A stretch of 64,000 bases of DNA from Octopus vulgaris (taxonomy: Eukaryota), in contig OX597816.1 in NCBI GenBank assembly GCA_951406725.2, positions 46,562,001 to 46,626,000 on the forward strand, given 5' to 3'. Below, in pieces: positions 1 through 12,097 of this stretch; position 1 is the first letter of the stretch, and each line of letters starts with the position of its first letter. The notes under the pieces are model-generated. The model worked only from the letters and a program-made list of their open reading frames with translations. It ran no database searches and was not told where the DNA came from. A program made the position numbers and the translations under genes.

Positions 1-368
1 TATTATGAGTCTTTTCAATTCTGACATAACAAATTGGTTGTAATAGGATTTGATCTCTTAGTAGTGTAGCTAATAATCTGGAACATTAAACTTAGACATG
101 CTGTCTTCTGTTACTGAATGTTCTGTGTCAACTATAATGAAGCCAGCATGTGTCACATGACTTTTTATCGATTGCTGACTAAGTGACCTATAAACAGAAT
201 ATACAAGATATTACTACTTACTACTGTGTGACTTCTTTTAAGTATTTATTACTCAAGCATATTGTTGAACAGATTGGGCAGACCTATGATCAAAGAAGTT
301 CAATCTATGACAATCTCATCTTTTTCTCTCTTCCACCCTTGTAATAGTATACCATGAAGTACATTAGC

Positions 369-1045
369 CAGTGGTGGCTCATGTAAAGGAACTGTGGAAC
401 TGCAGCACCCCCAATTTCCACTTGATATTATTGATAACATTTAATATAATGACTCCTTTTTACTTTAATTCTTTCTTTCTACTTTTACATTATATAATCC
501 TTAAGCTTAATGTCAGTAGCCATCCCCTAGTTTACAAGAAAATTTTTTTAAATCCTTGTATAGAACTGTGTGCTTCACAATTCCAGCAATGCACTGTTTG
601 GCTGTTGTGCGCATGCTTAAAAGTCCGAGATAGGAAGCTTCACACTAGGGAGAGAGAGCACTTTGTGAACAACAGTGCTGGGTGGAAGTTAGTGTTTCTT
701 TTTGACTCCGCGTGTGTTGTGCTTAAAAACATGTTTATATTCTTGAATATGATAATGTATAGAATTAGGTTATTATCCTGCTTCCAATTTCAGTGTTGCT
801 GCCAGGATTTGAAAAAATCAGGCACCCCTCCCCCTTATTTTGTGATTACGGGGGGGGGGGAATTTGCAGCAGTGTTCAATGAAGAAATTAAACACACTAC
901 CCAGCAGTGGCTAAAGTGCAAACTGATCAAGTTTATGTATAAATATTCTTTTTATATGTTTGTTTCCTTTTACACAATATTAAAACAATGGCTAAAAGTT
1001 TTCTGAAGAAGCACCCCCACTAATTTTATCTACAAGCCGCCACTG
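369..1045. mobile_element. Non-autonomous hAT-type DNA transposon
   Basis: TIRs CAGTGGTGGCT / AGCCGCCACTG. A perfect 8-bp TSD ACATTAGC sits at 361-368 and 1046-1053. Confidence 0.85.
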
Positions 1046-2465
1046 ACATTAGCTGATATCGTTTTTTCTTTAGCTATTTTTAAAAAGCTTCTGGAAGGAA
1101 TTTAATAATTTACATTTTAGTTAAATTTTCTACTATTCAACCACATGCTATAGGGAAAAAAATATCTAAGTTCTTTTGTTTGAGAAGAAATTATTTCTCT
1201 TTGCTTGTGGTGAGATATGAATACAAAACCTTTTATTTAAGAATCCAAAACCTTACCTATTTGGTCAATGACTCTTATGAACAAGGAAGACCATACAAAA
1301 AGACACCCCTTTTAACCATCACATAAGTACAAACAACTAGTTTCAATTGAATCAGTTATAATTTACTAATTATGTCATTCAGATATGTTGATAATGGTTT
1401 GAAAACAAACTTGTTTACGTCTATCACTTGACCTAAGAGAAACACAACAACTTTTGAGTTGAAGGCATTTTTCTAAGTGGCCGCTCAAGGTACTAGAAGT
1501 AGCAGTCAAATCTCCCTTAAATCAAATCCTCACCATGTTGAATAATGAAACATGGGGCCTTGGGTGCCTTTAAAGGAGTTGACTCTCTTGTAAATATATG
1601 GACCAAGATCTCTGGTTTTAGGATATCTTCTTCTCTGAAGCCTTCTCTCTTGATTAAAAGGCAAGAAAATAGTACCACTAAAAAGACGGGAGTGTCATGT
1701 CTGTAATGCTTAGGATCAGAAGGCTACTTGAAGAGATGCTTAACACCAATACCAAAAAATGGTTTTTGAACCAGCGAAGGAGCATCTGTTCCAGTCCATT
1801 GTGAAAGCTTGTCCAGGTTTCCTGACGTGTTGTGTGATCTTTGTAAATAAGAGGCTCATTCATACAGTACCATTTGTTTCCTGTTCTCTGTAAATATGTC
1901 CATGCTGCATTTTGTTTGGCAGGCTGTGAAGATAATTTTGCTTGGAAACACACAGATTAGTGTCAGAAAGGGCATCTTGGACCTTCACTATTTTTTTCTG
2001 ATTTTTGATTATACCCCACTTCATCATATTCTGCAGTTTTTCCCTCTTACTATGATTAATCTGAAACTCTGCTCTTAAACTAATGCCAAGGCAGGAAATA
2101 TCAGTATTGGACTCTATACTCCTCTTACCTTTTACTTGTTTCAGCCATGGACTGCAGCCATGCCGGGGCACTGTCTTCAGGAATTTTAGGTAATCTAATC
2201 AACCCCAGTACTTTATATATATATATATATATATACACTCTTTTACTTGTTTCTGCTACATCTTTGGTGGTATGTAATTATTGTTTAACCCCCCCCCCCA
2301 AGAGTCAGCTCTGATTGAGCTATGATGAAAAGCATTCTAGCTATAACCATCTTGTCTTTTTTGCATGTTCATCCTTTGAGATGGTATGGTGTGATTTAAG
2401 GAAAATTTAACTGTTATTTCTAGCATGTTGAGCAACCACATTCATGCTCCTACTGCTTCTGCAGT

Positions 2466-2870
2466 CACGAAGAGGAAAAGAGCTTGGGTATCTCTCTGAA
2501 GGATTCCTGCTGCTGTTGTACAAAGTTTGATAGGTTTTCATATATAACGTTCATAACTGTGATACCCTAGTTCAACAGGTAATGTAACATGATCTTTTTG
2601 TCGATCCTATCAAATGTCTTCAAGAAATCGACAAACAGAATTGAATTTTGTCTGAAGATTCTGAGCTCTTCTGTGATTCTTCTAAGGACAATAATTTGCA
2701 TCATTGTTGATCTATTTTAGTGAAAGCCATTTTGGTTCTGTCATAGGATGGAATCAGTATAAGGAAGAATACTGTTAAGGAGCATAGAAATGTAGATTTT
2801 TTTGATATGTAGTTCTGAGGCAGGTGAAGGTTACCTTTCTTTGGAAGTGGAAATATCAAACTTGACTTAG
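2466..2870 (-). pseudogene. Degenerate RTE/RTEX-clade LINE reverse transcriptase fragment
   Basis: Manual minus-strand translation across stops and frameshifts gives SSLIFPLPKKGNLHLPQNY, then KIYISMLLNSILPYTDSIL*QNQNGFH*NRSTMMQIIVLRRITEELR...LFVDFLKTFDRID, then AGILQRDTQALFLF. These match the RT motifs PKKG, QxGF, FVDFxKAFD and GxLQGD. Confidence 0.8.
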
Positions 2871-3224
2871 TGTAAACAAAGCAATGTTGCAAAAACCAAT
2901 GACAAGTTGATTCTAGGTCATGTGCACCTGAAGGCATGTGGAAGATGGAAATAAAATGTAGGAAATGGAAGTTAAAAACATGTGGTGCAGTTAATAAAAT
3001 CATAACATCCTTGCTTGTTTAAGATTTTTTTCTTTTTTCTATACTGACATAGGTTTCGTGTTTCTGCAAATTTGGAGTTTTTGCATTAATAGTAAACAAC
3101 CTTCGTAGCACAACCACGATAAGAAATTGATACTTCTTCCACCAAGTAATTAAGACAAATACAAGTACTGTGCTTTTCATTAGAACATTTGAATAAATGT
3201 GGGAGGTTTTTTTATGGTTTCTTG

Positions 3225-3390
3225 GCATGCCAGAAATAGCAATCAGATTTCTCTAACTTACAGCTTCTTACTATCTTGGAAAAAGATACAGTGAACAATA
3301 TACTCCCAAATATAGAAAAAGACAGGATGGTCGGTCACTTTGAGCAGGACTGTGATCAGTTAGGACTGACCTGGGGCCAAACAATAATAC
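3225..3390 (+). repeat. Interspersed repeat 'family C' (retroposon-like, (AAC)n tail)
   Basis: Motifs GAAATAGCAGYCAAATCTC...GACAGGATGGTC...CTGACCTGGGGCYAAACAA recur in degenerate form near 280, 1490, 2290, 3880, 14500, 14960, 19080, 37150, 44200 and 55240. Confidence 0.6.
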
Positions 3391-3454
3391 ATCATAGTAC
3401 ATGTAATAAAACTATGACAGCAATCAAATTCCTTTACTACTCAACCACTGCATT

Positions 3455-3742
3455 ATCATCATCATCATCGTCATCAACCCCTGGAAATTATTGTTTCAAG
3501 TCCTAAGATTCATAGGGCTGGTTACCCAGTTTCCATGCTGTATGAATAACTGAGATCACAACATTCTCCCTGAACTGGATGCAAATATGTCCTAGGGTTA
3601 CTCATTTACGGCTGAGTGAACTGGAGCAACGTTGAAATGAAGTATTTTGCTGAAGAACACAATGCACTGCCCAGTCTGGAAATTAGAACTACAATCTTGT
3701 GATCATGAGTGTAACACTCTAACCATTATGCCACATGCCCTT
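3455..3742 (-). mobile_element. Old tRNA-derived SINE
   Basis: The reverse strand starts GGGCATGTGGCATAATGGTTAGAGTG (A-box-like) and ends in a (GAT)n tail. The body is related to the SINEs at 16291 and 41280. Confidence 0.6.
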
Positions 3743-4260
3743 ACTGCCACTACTACTATTTAACATTGATGTATTGAGTCTAATTGACTCTTTCAGACTG
3801 CGTAAAGAGGTAACTGAGTTTATAGCACCTATTAAAAATGTGCAATTAATGCTGAATCTAAAATGGTGAGGATTGTTGTTCAACCCCAGCTTGACTCAAA
3901 TCAAGCAGACCTATGAACTGAGCAAAAGTATTCCAGTTATGACCACCTTGTCTTTATATGGGTATATATCTAAGACTAGATTAACCGATGTGTTCTTTCC
4001 TTATCCTTTTAGTTACTAGATTTCTATTGAAATACACTAATGTTGTTTCAATTAATTTTGCAAATGAAGATAATGAAATAACTTTGCCATTAAGCTGATA
4101 TCTAGAACATCAATTAACATGAAATTTTGGTGGAAGGTTTTTAATTTAGGTCTTTTTAAAATAAGAATTCTGTATCTTGGAACCCGTGGCAGTTTCTGGT
4201 GGGTTGGTATCAAAAGCATTAAGAAACTAGGATGTAATTTGAGACTTGGTTGCTATTTTT

Positions 4261-4678
4261 TATTTCTTTATTGCCCACAAGGGGTTAAATATAGAGGGGA
4301 CAAACAAGGACCGACAAAGGGATTAAGCCGATTACATCGACCCCAGTGTGTAACTGGTACTTAATTTATCGACCCCGAAAGGATGAAAGGCAAAGTCGAC
4401 CTCAGTGGAATTTGAACTCAGAACATAGCGGCAGACGAAATACCTATTTCTTTATTACCCACAAGGAGCTAAACATAGAGGGGACAAACAAGGACAGACA
4501 TAGGTATTAAGTCGATTACATCGACCCCAGTGCGTAACTGGTACTTAATTAATCGACCCCGAAAGGATGAAAGGCAAAGTCAACCTCAGCGGAATTTAAA
4601 CTCACAACGTAACGACAGGCGAAATACCGCTAAGCATTTCATCCGGCGTGCTAACGTTTCTGCCAGCTCTCCGCCTTA
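4261..4678 (-). mobile_element. SINE family B, dimeric copy
   Basis: The reverse-strand head GGCGGAGAGCTGGCAGAAACGTTAGCACG is followed by two tandem bodies carrying GACTTTGCCTTTCATCCTTTCGGGGTCGAT(A/T)AATTAAGTACCAG, which resembles the MetaSINE central domain (from memory). The TSD TTGGTTGCTATTT is at 4246-4258 and 4681-4693. Confidence 0.85.
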
Positions 4679-5992
4679 ATTTGGTTGCTATTTCTAGCAA
4701 GTTATGTGACCTTGTAAGAGCTCCCCAGTTGTTTTAAAATACTATGTGGGGTATTTGACATTGACAGGATGAGTTCCAGACATTGATTGTTGCAGTGCTA
4801 TCAGAACTTATTACATTTTGTAATATGATAATGAATTATTCATTAAGTTAAATAATTATTTCTTGTCGTTTTTTTTTTATTTGTTTTACCATTTAGTGAT
4901 TGTTGTTGTTGTATTGCTTCATATCAGTCAAAATCAAAGCTATGGCAATCCCATCCTTTCATTTTATTTTCTTTAATGCTGATATTGGTTGTATCTAAGG
5001 CCAAGATTGCTTCAATTAAATGGCAAATAATTAGTAATCTTACATTTTGCTGATTAATCAATATTCATTTTTGGGTCAGTTCATTGGTTTTGATAATTGG
5101 TTGTTCTTGTCTTTTTTGTTATTATTAAAAGACATGTATATTGGAACAAGAAAAACATGGATGACAGAAATTCAGAAAATATTGAATTAGACTTTATTTC
5201 CCAGCTTGCTCAATGTCAGCCCACCTCTCAAATTACACCCTACTTTCTGAAAATGTTTGATACCAATCCTATTCATAGTACTTGAATGTGCTGGTCTATG
5301 TAACTGTAAACTACTTAGGATTGCCCCCAGGAGCGTTGCTCTTTGTACATAAAAAGGTGTCAAGATAATAAAGATGCTGTCCTACCCTCCTGAGAAAATA
5401 TGTGTTTAGTTGACCTTTTAAAAAGGAAGTAACTTAAGAAATATAAAAGATTATTTAATGGTATTCAAAAGTTTTCCATTAATAATGGTTTTAAATTTTG
5501 GCACAAGGGCCAGCAGTTTTTGAGGGGGGGGGGAATAGGTTATGCTGAAACCTCTCCCTCTGTACTTGGCTGGTACTTATTTCACCAACTCTGAAAGGAT
5601 GAAATGCTACTTAGCATTTTGTTTGGTGTGCTAGCAACTCTACCAGCTTACTGCTTTAAACTTTCTATGAATAATGACCCCCCCCCCCTCCTAATATCTT
5701 AACCTCAAACAAACAATAAAATTTAGTGATTTAAATTTGGGAAGTCTTAAGTGAATTCACTAAAGTGAAGAGCTTTGTCACGAGTTACACCATAGATTTT
5801 GGGTACAAGAAAAAGAACAGGTTCAGTTTAGATAGCTGTTAACTAATAATGTTCATCATCATATTAAATGTTGTCTTCTATGCAGGTTTAATTAATTTGA
5901 ATATTTAAAAAATTTTTTACTCTTGACTTTATTTTAGTATAATTATCTAGACTACATGTTCATGTTACAATCACACATTAAACATTGTATAA

Positions 5993-6397
5993 GCTCAGAC
6001 ATGACTTTGTGGCTAAAAAACTTGCTTCTCAACTACATAGTTTCAGGTTTAGTCCTACTGCATGGCACTTTGAGCAAGTGTCTTCTACTATAGTCCTGGG
6101 CCAACCAAAGCTTTATGAATGGATTTGGTAGACTGAAACTGAAAGAAACCAATTGCCTATATTTGTGTTTCCTTGTTTTGATTGTTATATGATAGCAGTG
6201 AATGATTATCACTGTCATACAAGCAGTGTTATTCATTTCCAGTATTCTGCAAAAATGTATTTTGGCCATGGGAAAATATTACCTGCCTTGGAAACATCTG
6301 AGAGTTGGTGACAGGAAATGAAACCAGCCATAGAAAAGTCTGCCTCAATAAACTCTGTGTGATCCATGCAAGCACTTTGGATGTAACAGTGATGATG
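5993..6397 (+). mobile_element. SINE subfamily A2 (tRNA head, CORE-like segment, RTE-like 3' tail)
   Basis: The 5' half matches family A (GGCACTTTGAGCAAGTGTCTTCTACTATAG). The 3' half (GTTGGTGACAGGAA...CCAGCCATAGAAAA...CCATGCAAGCA...GATGATG) resembles the RTE 3'UTR end. Confidence 0.7.
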
Positions 6398-7231
6398 GCT
6401 GTGGGGCACAGTTCAAGACAATATAAAGTAGAAACTACTGTAAAACCAGCCTAATTCTGTTACCATATATTTTCTAATAATTGCTCCATAATTGTGATTA
6501 ATTATGAAATATCTTATTCACAATTAGAGTACACATTTTTGTATTACAACACATATTTACATGATGAATAATCAGTTGTTGATAGATATTGGCCAATAAG
6601 GCAAGGCCAAGTATTTTGGTAATCAGACACATTGTTTATCAGTGTATCCCTATCTGAGACCATATACAATTTGTCTTCTCTTTTATAAAAATAGTAGGAA
6701 GTGATTTGAAGAGTATTTAGCTGCTATTTCTAGTAGAGCCTCTATTCCTTAGAGCAAGCTGATCTCATACCACCACCTGTCAGGTAATCTATGTTGCATC
6801 CAGCCTACATTCAGACTGGTCCCCACACAAAAACCACTATGTCCTTTCTTTTTTCCACAGAACATTGTCCTTCTGAAATCTCTGCTTATGTATTTTCTGC
6901 AACAGTTCGAATAGAATATTAGCAGCAACAATCTCACCAGTTTCAGAAGGCTCTTTCCTTCATTGCCTTAAAAAATTTATATATATAAGAACAAGTAGCA
7001 AAAATATTTTTATATCTTGTTTCCTACAACACCTCAATGTGTTTTTGACACCTTAGAAAATTACTGTGATGAACTAGCAGTACATGAAATGAAATATAAA
7101 AAAAAACAAAACAATTGTGTAGTCTCATCCATTATATTTGTCATTTACCTACTAATTATATTATCTATGTAGCATGTGAATAGTTGTAAAAATAAAATAT
7201 AGTTATCCAAAATCCAACAGTAAGTTTTACA

Positions 7232-7234
<3 letters not shown>

Positions 7235-7285
<51 letters not shown>
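7235..7285. repeat. (CT)n microsatellite
   Basis: Pure CT dinucleotide run of about 50 bp. Confidence 0.95.
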
Positions 7286-7290
<5 letters not shown>

Positions 7291-7681
7291 AGTAGCGTGT
7301 TGCTGATAGGTGAACCTATCAACCAGTCTGTGTGTTTGTGCATGTATGTATACTGTTTCCACCCACTTTTTTGTTGCTTAAATCTTAATGTCCTCATTCT
7401 GCACATTCACCTCTGCAGAATGTGGGAGATACCTCCAATTCCACTCAGGTATAAACAGATTTTTTTAATTGAAGTAATTGATATTTCATGAAGTAATGAA
7501 TTAATCAAAATTTAGTTTAAAAACAAAAACCTGTTTTTTTTTAATTTTTCTGGCTGGTTTTTTAAGAAAATAAAAAAATATTATTGGTGCAGGTATGGTT
7601 GCATGATTGAATCCACATGGTTTTGGTTTCAGTCTCACTGTGTGGCACCTTGGGCAAGAGTCTTCAACTATAGCTCTAGGC

Positions 7682-7995
7682 CAGTACTTCCTAACCAGGG
7701 TCCACCTTGTGGGGATCTACATAAGATTTTGTCAGAATTTATGTGCAATGATTTGGTCATACAATACACAGTATTTTAGCAATTTAAAAAAAATACAATT
7801 GTCAGAATTTATGTTCAATAAATTGGTCATACAATACACAGTATTTTAACAGTTTTTTTAAATACAATTCTTAATGATATTTAATTTACAAAAATATAAT
7901 AGGAATTTTTTAAACATCAAATGGCTATGAGGGTCCACCAGAATAAAATAGGAACCAGGCAAGTCCATAGACAAAAAAATGGTTGAAAACCAATA
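7682..7995. mobile_element. hAT MITE (older copy) inside a family A SINE
   Basis: Degenerate TIRs CAGTACTTCCTAACC / GGTTGAAAACCAATA. Flanked by CTCTAGGC (7674-7681) and CTTTAGGC (7996-8003). Contains an internal ~70-bp tandem duplication. Confidence 0.7.
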
Positions 7996-8003
7996 CTTTA
8001 GGC

Positions 8004-8206
8004 CAGGGGTTGGCAAACTATGGCCCGCCATAGGTTTTCATGCGGCCCGCCGAGAGGAATATTTCACAAAATTTCCTTTCAATCGTGTGTTTATAGGTCT
8101 ATAACCGCCTTTAAAAATATTTTCACTTGATTTTTATAAATGAGGCCCGCCAAGGTTCCAAAGACGCACTGTGCGGCCCGCAATCAAAAAAGTTTGCCCA
8201 CCCCTG
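8004..8206. mobile_element. hAT (Charlie-like) MITE
   Basis: 16-bp TIRs CAGGGGTTGGCAAACT / AGTTTGCCCACCCCTG with 1 mismatch, subterminal GGCCCG motifs, and a perfect 8-bp TSD CTTTAGGC. Confidence 0.9.
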
Positions 8207-8355
8207 CTTTAGGCCATCTCATTGCCTTGAGAGTTTATTCAGTGAATGGAAACAGTAGCAAACCTGCTGTGTGTGTGTGTGCAAATATACATGAACTGTT
8301 GATATTCCATGCTTGTCACTACTTGAGTTAAATGTTGTCGGCTTTCTTTATTGTT

Positions 8356-8730
8356 GTTAGTTAGTTAGTTAGTTAATTTGGCTCAAAAGCAAATAGCAAG
8401 GCCATGTAGGAGGACATGGAGTTAAGTACAGGGTGGTGTTCATGTTAAGAGTTCAGGCCACTTTAGGTCCAAAGAGGCTTTGAACAAAGCGGTCGTTGGC
8501 ATCTTCACCATCTCGTCTGGCAGCTTGTTCCACGGATCCGCAACCCGGACGGAGAAAGCTCCTCTCCTTCGATTGAGATGAAATCGTCGCAGGTAGAGCT
8601 TTTCGGAATGACCCCGCAGCCGACGCTCTGGAGCAGGAGGAGTGAAGAACAGCTCTTTCGAGAGGTTACACTTTCCACTTATGATGTTGTGGGCGAGAAT
8701 GAGATCACCACGGCGGCGGCGTTTTTCAGA
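8356..8730 (-). mobile_element. 5'-truncated CR1/L2-type LINE (ORF2 C-terminus, 3'UTR, (TAAC)n tail)
   Basis: ORF 8440-8745 reads RRRRGDLILAHNII...RLRGHSEKL...FSVRVADPWNKLP...FKASLD, the typical CR1 ORF2 end. It is followed by a short 3'UTR and a (TAAC)n tail. Confidence 0.9.
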
Positions 8731-9341
8731 CTGGTTACTCAGCACTTCGAAATATGTCTGAAATAAAAAAATTTTTAAATCTTTTCCTTGAAAAGCAGAT
8801 ATGGGCTGCTGGGAGGAAAGGCATCCACCATTAAAACCTTACTTGAAATATGTCTCCAACCAACCTACACTAGAATGGTAAGAAAAAAATGGGCATTAAA
8901 TAAACAAACAATATTAGCATGGGTTATTTCAGTGTTCCTCAAGGATAGAGTACTGTGAGGATTAAGAAGTGGGCAGACAAATTGCTATATTAAATATGAT
9001 GGCTATATATATATATATATATGAAGATTGCATGAAAGCAAAAGATGTGTTACAAAATGCTATCACTTTGAGGACCACCTGGTTAATTAGTTCTCCAAAT
9101 TAAGACTTTATTTTTCTGATATGTTGTTGTTTAATTCCAAGAGACTTAACAGTGATGTTCCTTCTGCCCATAGCCATATCATCTTGTACTCAAACATAAT
9201 TTGTAAATTGGCCTGGTTATAATAGATGGAGGCATAGCTGTGTGGTTTAAGACGTTCACTTTGCAACTACATGGTTTAGGTTTAGTCCCATTACATTGCA
9301 CTGTCTTCTACTGTAGTCTCAGCCCATTGGCTGTGTATGTA

Positions 9342-9563
9342 TTGGGTTGTCCAGAAAGTTCATTCCGATTTTTAAGGGAAAGAAAAAGGTCAAATACTTG
9401 CCATTACATTTTTAGTCAACCAAATATGAACCATTTTGTTGCACAATGCATCTCCAGCTTTCCTTTAACTTGGAAATACCCTCTTCTCAGAATTGAGGTC
9501 CCTGGGAGGGTTAGTCAAAAGGTAAGCTACTATAAATCGGCACAAACTTTCCGGCCAACCCTA
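9342..9563. mobile_element. Tc1/mariner-type MITE
   Basis: Imperfect ~30-bp TIRs TTGGGTTGTCCAGAAAGTTCATTCCGATTT / AAATCGGCACAAACTTTCCGGCCAACCCTA, flanked by TA. Confidence 0.8.
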
Positions 9564-10279
9564 TATATATAATTCCACGAAGACAAGATGTCTACATTCT
9601 CATCCTCCCCGTGTGTGTATATAAATATATATATTTATCATCATTTAATGGAAAATGGTTATTAAATGATGATAAACACACACACAGAAGGTGTGAACGT
9701 TTACATTTTGTCCTCATGGAATCACTTGAGCAAAAGCAGTGACATTACATTGACAATTTCCTATCAACAAATTGCCCTGTAGCTCAGTAAAAATTAGTGG
9801 AATAAAAAAAAAGTCTTAAAATCTGAGTTCAAAAATAAGTGAAAGTTACCATCAGAACTGCATCCAACTCTAAAACACTACTTCAATAATGTCATCAACT
9901 TACAAATGGTTACATTAACATATTTAATCAAATTGTTTTGCAAGGAGTTTGTTGGAAATGAACAATTTTATTTATACCTTTTATTAGTTCACTTAGAATT
10001 TTTCATGGATCCTTCTGTTGTGAGAAAGTCAGTTCTCTCTTGATTGTGTGGTTACTCCCCTTTCTCTATATGTGTGTGTGTAATGAAGTGATTAGTGTTT
10101 GTTTTAAAATGTTCTTTTGTCTGTGTTTAAGCTACTGCTTACTTTACAGTATTGTCCAATATCTAACGTTCTTAAAGGTATCAAATTTTCTCGATGCTAT
10201 TCAGACTGTCATTAAGATTGTCATTCGCTAGGAAAACCTCTCTGGAACGCCACACATGCACACACAATCAATCCATTTA

Positions 10280-10321
<42 letters not shown>

Positions 10322-10325
<4 letters not shown>

Positions 10326-10700
10326 CAGGTATGGCTGTGTGATAAACTTCCCAACCACATGGTTCTGTGTCTAGTCTGACTGCATGACACCTTGGGCAAA
10401 TACCTTCTACTATAACCGTGGTCAACTAAAGCCTTGTGAGTGGATTTGGATGATGGAAACTAAAAGAAGCCTATCGTATGTATGTGTCTTTGTGTCTGTG
10501 TTTGTCCTTCACCGCTGCTTGACAACCATTGTTGGTGTGTTTACATTCCCATAACTTAGCAATTCAGCAAAGAGTGACTGACAGAATAAGTATCAGGCTT
10601 TAAAAGAAAAAAAGAAATAAGTACTAGTTGATTCCATTTGACTAAAAGTGCTTCGAAATGTTGCTCCAGCATGGCCACAATCTAATGACTGAAACAGATA
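10322..10700 (+). mobile_element. SINE family A (tRNA-derived, CORE-like)
   Basis: Head GCAGGTATGGCTGTGTG, CORE-like CACCTTGGGCAAAT and tail CCAGCATGGCCACA...ATGACTGAAACA. Confidence 0.85.
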
Positions 10701-10774
10701 ACACATACACACACACATGTATTTGTGTGTGTATGTGTGTATTTCATTTTTATGTTTGTACTTTTTTCCATCCT

Positions 10775-11003
10775 TATTTCTTTATTGCCCAGAAGGGGCT
10801 AAACATAGTGGGGGCAAACAAGGACAGGCAAAGGGATCAAGTCGATTACATCGACCCCGGTGCTGGTACTTATTTTATTGACCCTGAAAGGATGAAAGGC
10901 AAAGTCGACCTTGGCAGAATTTGAACTGAGAACGTAACAGCAGACAAAATACCACTAAGGATTTTGCCCAGCGTGCTAACATTTCTGCCAGCTCACCGCC
11001 TTA
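10775..11003 (-). mobile_element. SINE family B
   Basis: Matches the 4445-4678 copy from end to end. Confidence 0.85.
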
Positions 11004-11281
11004 GCTTTTTTTCCATTCTGGCATGGCTTATTGAATTAGCATTCTATGAATGGGTACCCATCTTATTGCTTCAAATGATATTTCTTTTTACCTTTAGTCT
11101 TTGCAACTGAAATTAAAGAGCCATGAAATATTGTTTACATGAGAGGTAAAGAAATATCATTCATGTTCAATGTCAGTATGAAAACATGTTGAAATACACA
11201 CATATTCAAACACCCATTCATTCACATGCTGCTACATGTCTGTTCATATACCCACCATGTGCATGTTCCTGTTGAAAGATT

Positions 11282-12048
11282 TTAACCAGTTAGCATTCAG
11301 GATACTCTGTCAAATGTAATGCTTATTTATTCACATTACTCTCTCTCTTTACTCTTTTACTTGTTCCAGTCATTTGACTGTGGCCATGCTGGAGCACCAC
11401 TTTTAGTCGAGCAAATCGACCCCAGAACTTATTCTTTGTAAGCCTAGTACTTATTCTATCGGTTTCTTTAGCTGAACCGCTAAGTTACATGGACATAAAC
11501 ACACCAGCATCAGTTGTCAAGCGATGTTGGGGACAAACATAGAGGGGACAAACAAGGAGTTTAAGTCAATTACAACGTCCCCAGTGCATAACTGGTATTT
11601 AATTTATTGACCCCCCAAAAGGATGAAAGGCAAAGTCGACCTCGGCGGAATTTGAACTCAGAATGTAAAGACAGACGAAATACTGCTAAGCATTTCGCCT
11701 GGCATGCTAACATTTCTGCCAGCTTACTGCCTTTATTTCTTTCAGTTTCTGTCTACCAAATCCACTCACAAGACTTTGGTTGGCCTGAGGCTATAGTAGA
11801 AGACACTTGCCCAAGGTGCCATGCAGTGGGACTGAACTCGAAACCATGTGGTTCATAAGTAAGCTACTTACCATGCAGCCACTCCTTTTGAATTAATCAT
11901 GCATTATCTTGTAGATTTGAGATTTCGACAATGTGATTGTTCATTTTTAGAATGGTATTCTAGGGTAATTGTGAGGCAAGTTTGAACATAAAACAGGTAG
12001 AATATTTGGGTCAGACAGACATGACTGGTTTAAATGCTAAAGGGTTAA
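11282..12048. mobile_element. TTAA-flanked (piggyBac-type) MITE family 2, interrupted by nested SINEs
   Basis: Ends read TTAACCAGTTAGCATT ... AATGCTAAAGGGTTAA. A family A SINE (- strand, ~11341-11885) lies inside it, and that SINE contains a family B SINE (~11535-11733). Related MITE copies are at ~40442-40616 and ~42470-42732. Confidence 0.75.
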
Positions 12049-12097
12049 GTAGGTTATGAGCTAAATATTTAAGTAAAAGTTATGAATTTATGTACTA

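Noticed and set aside
371-1006. Longest ORF in the track (211 aa)
   Set aside because: It has a GTG start inside the TIR of a hAT element, AT-driven composition and no transposase or other motif.
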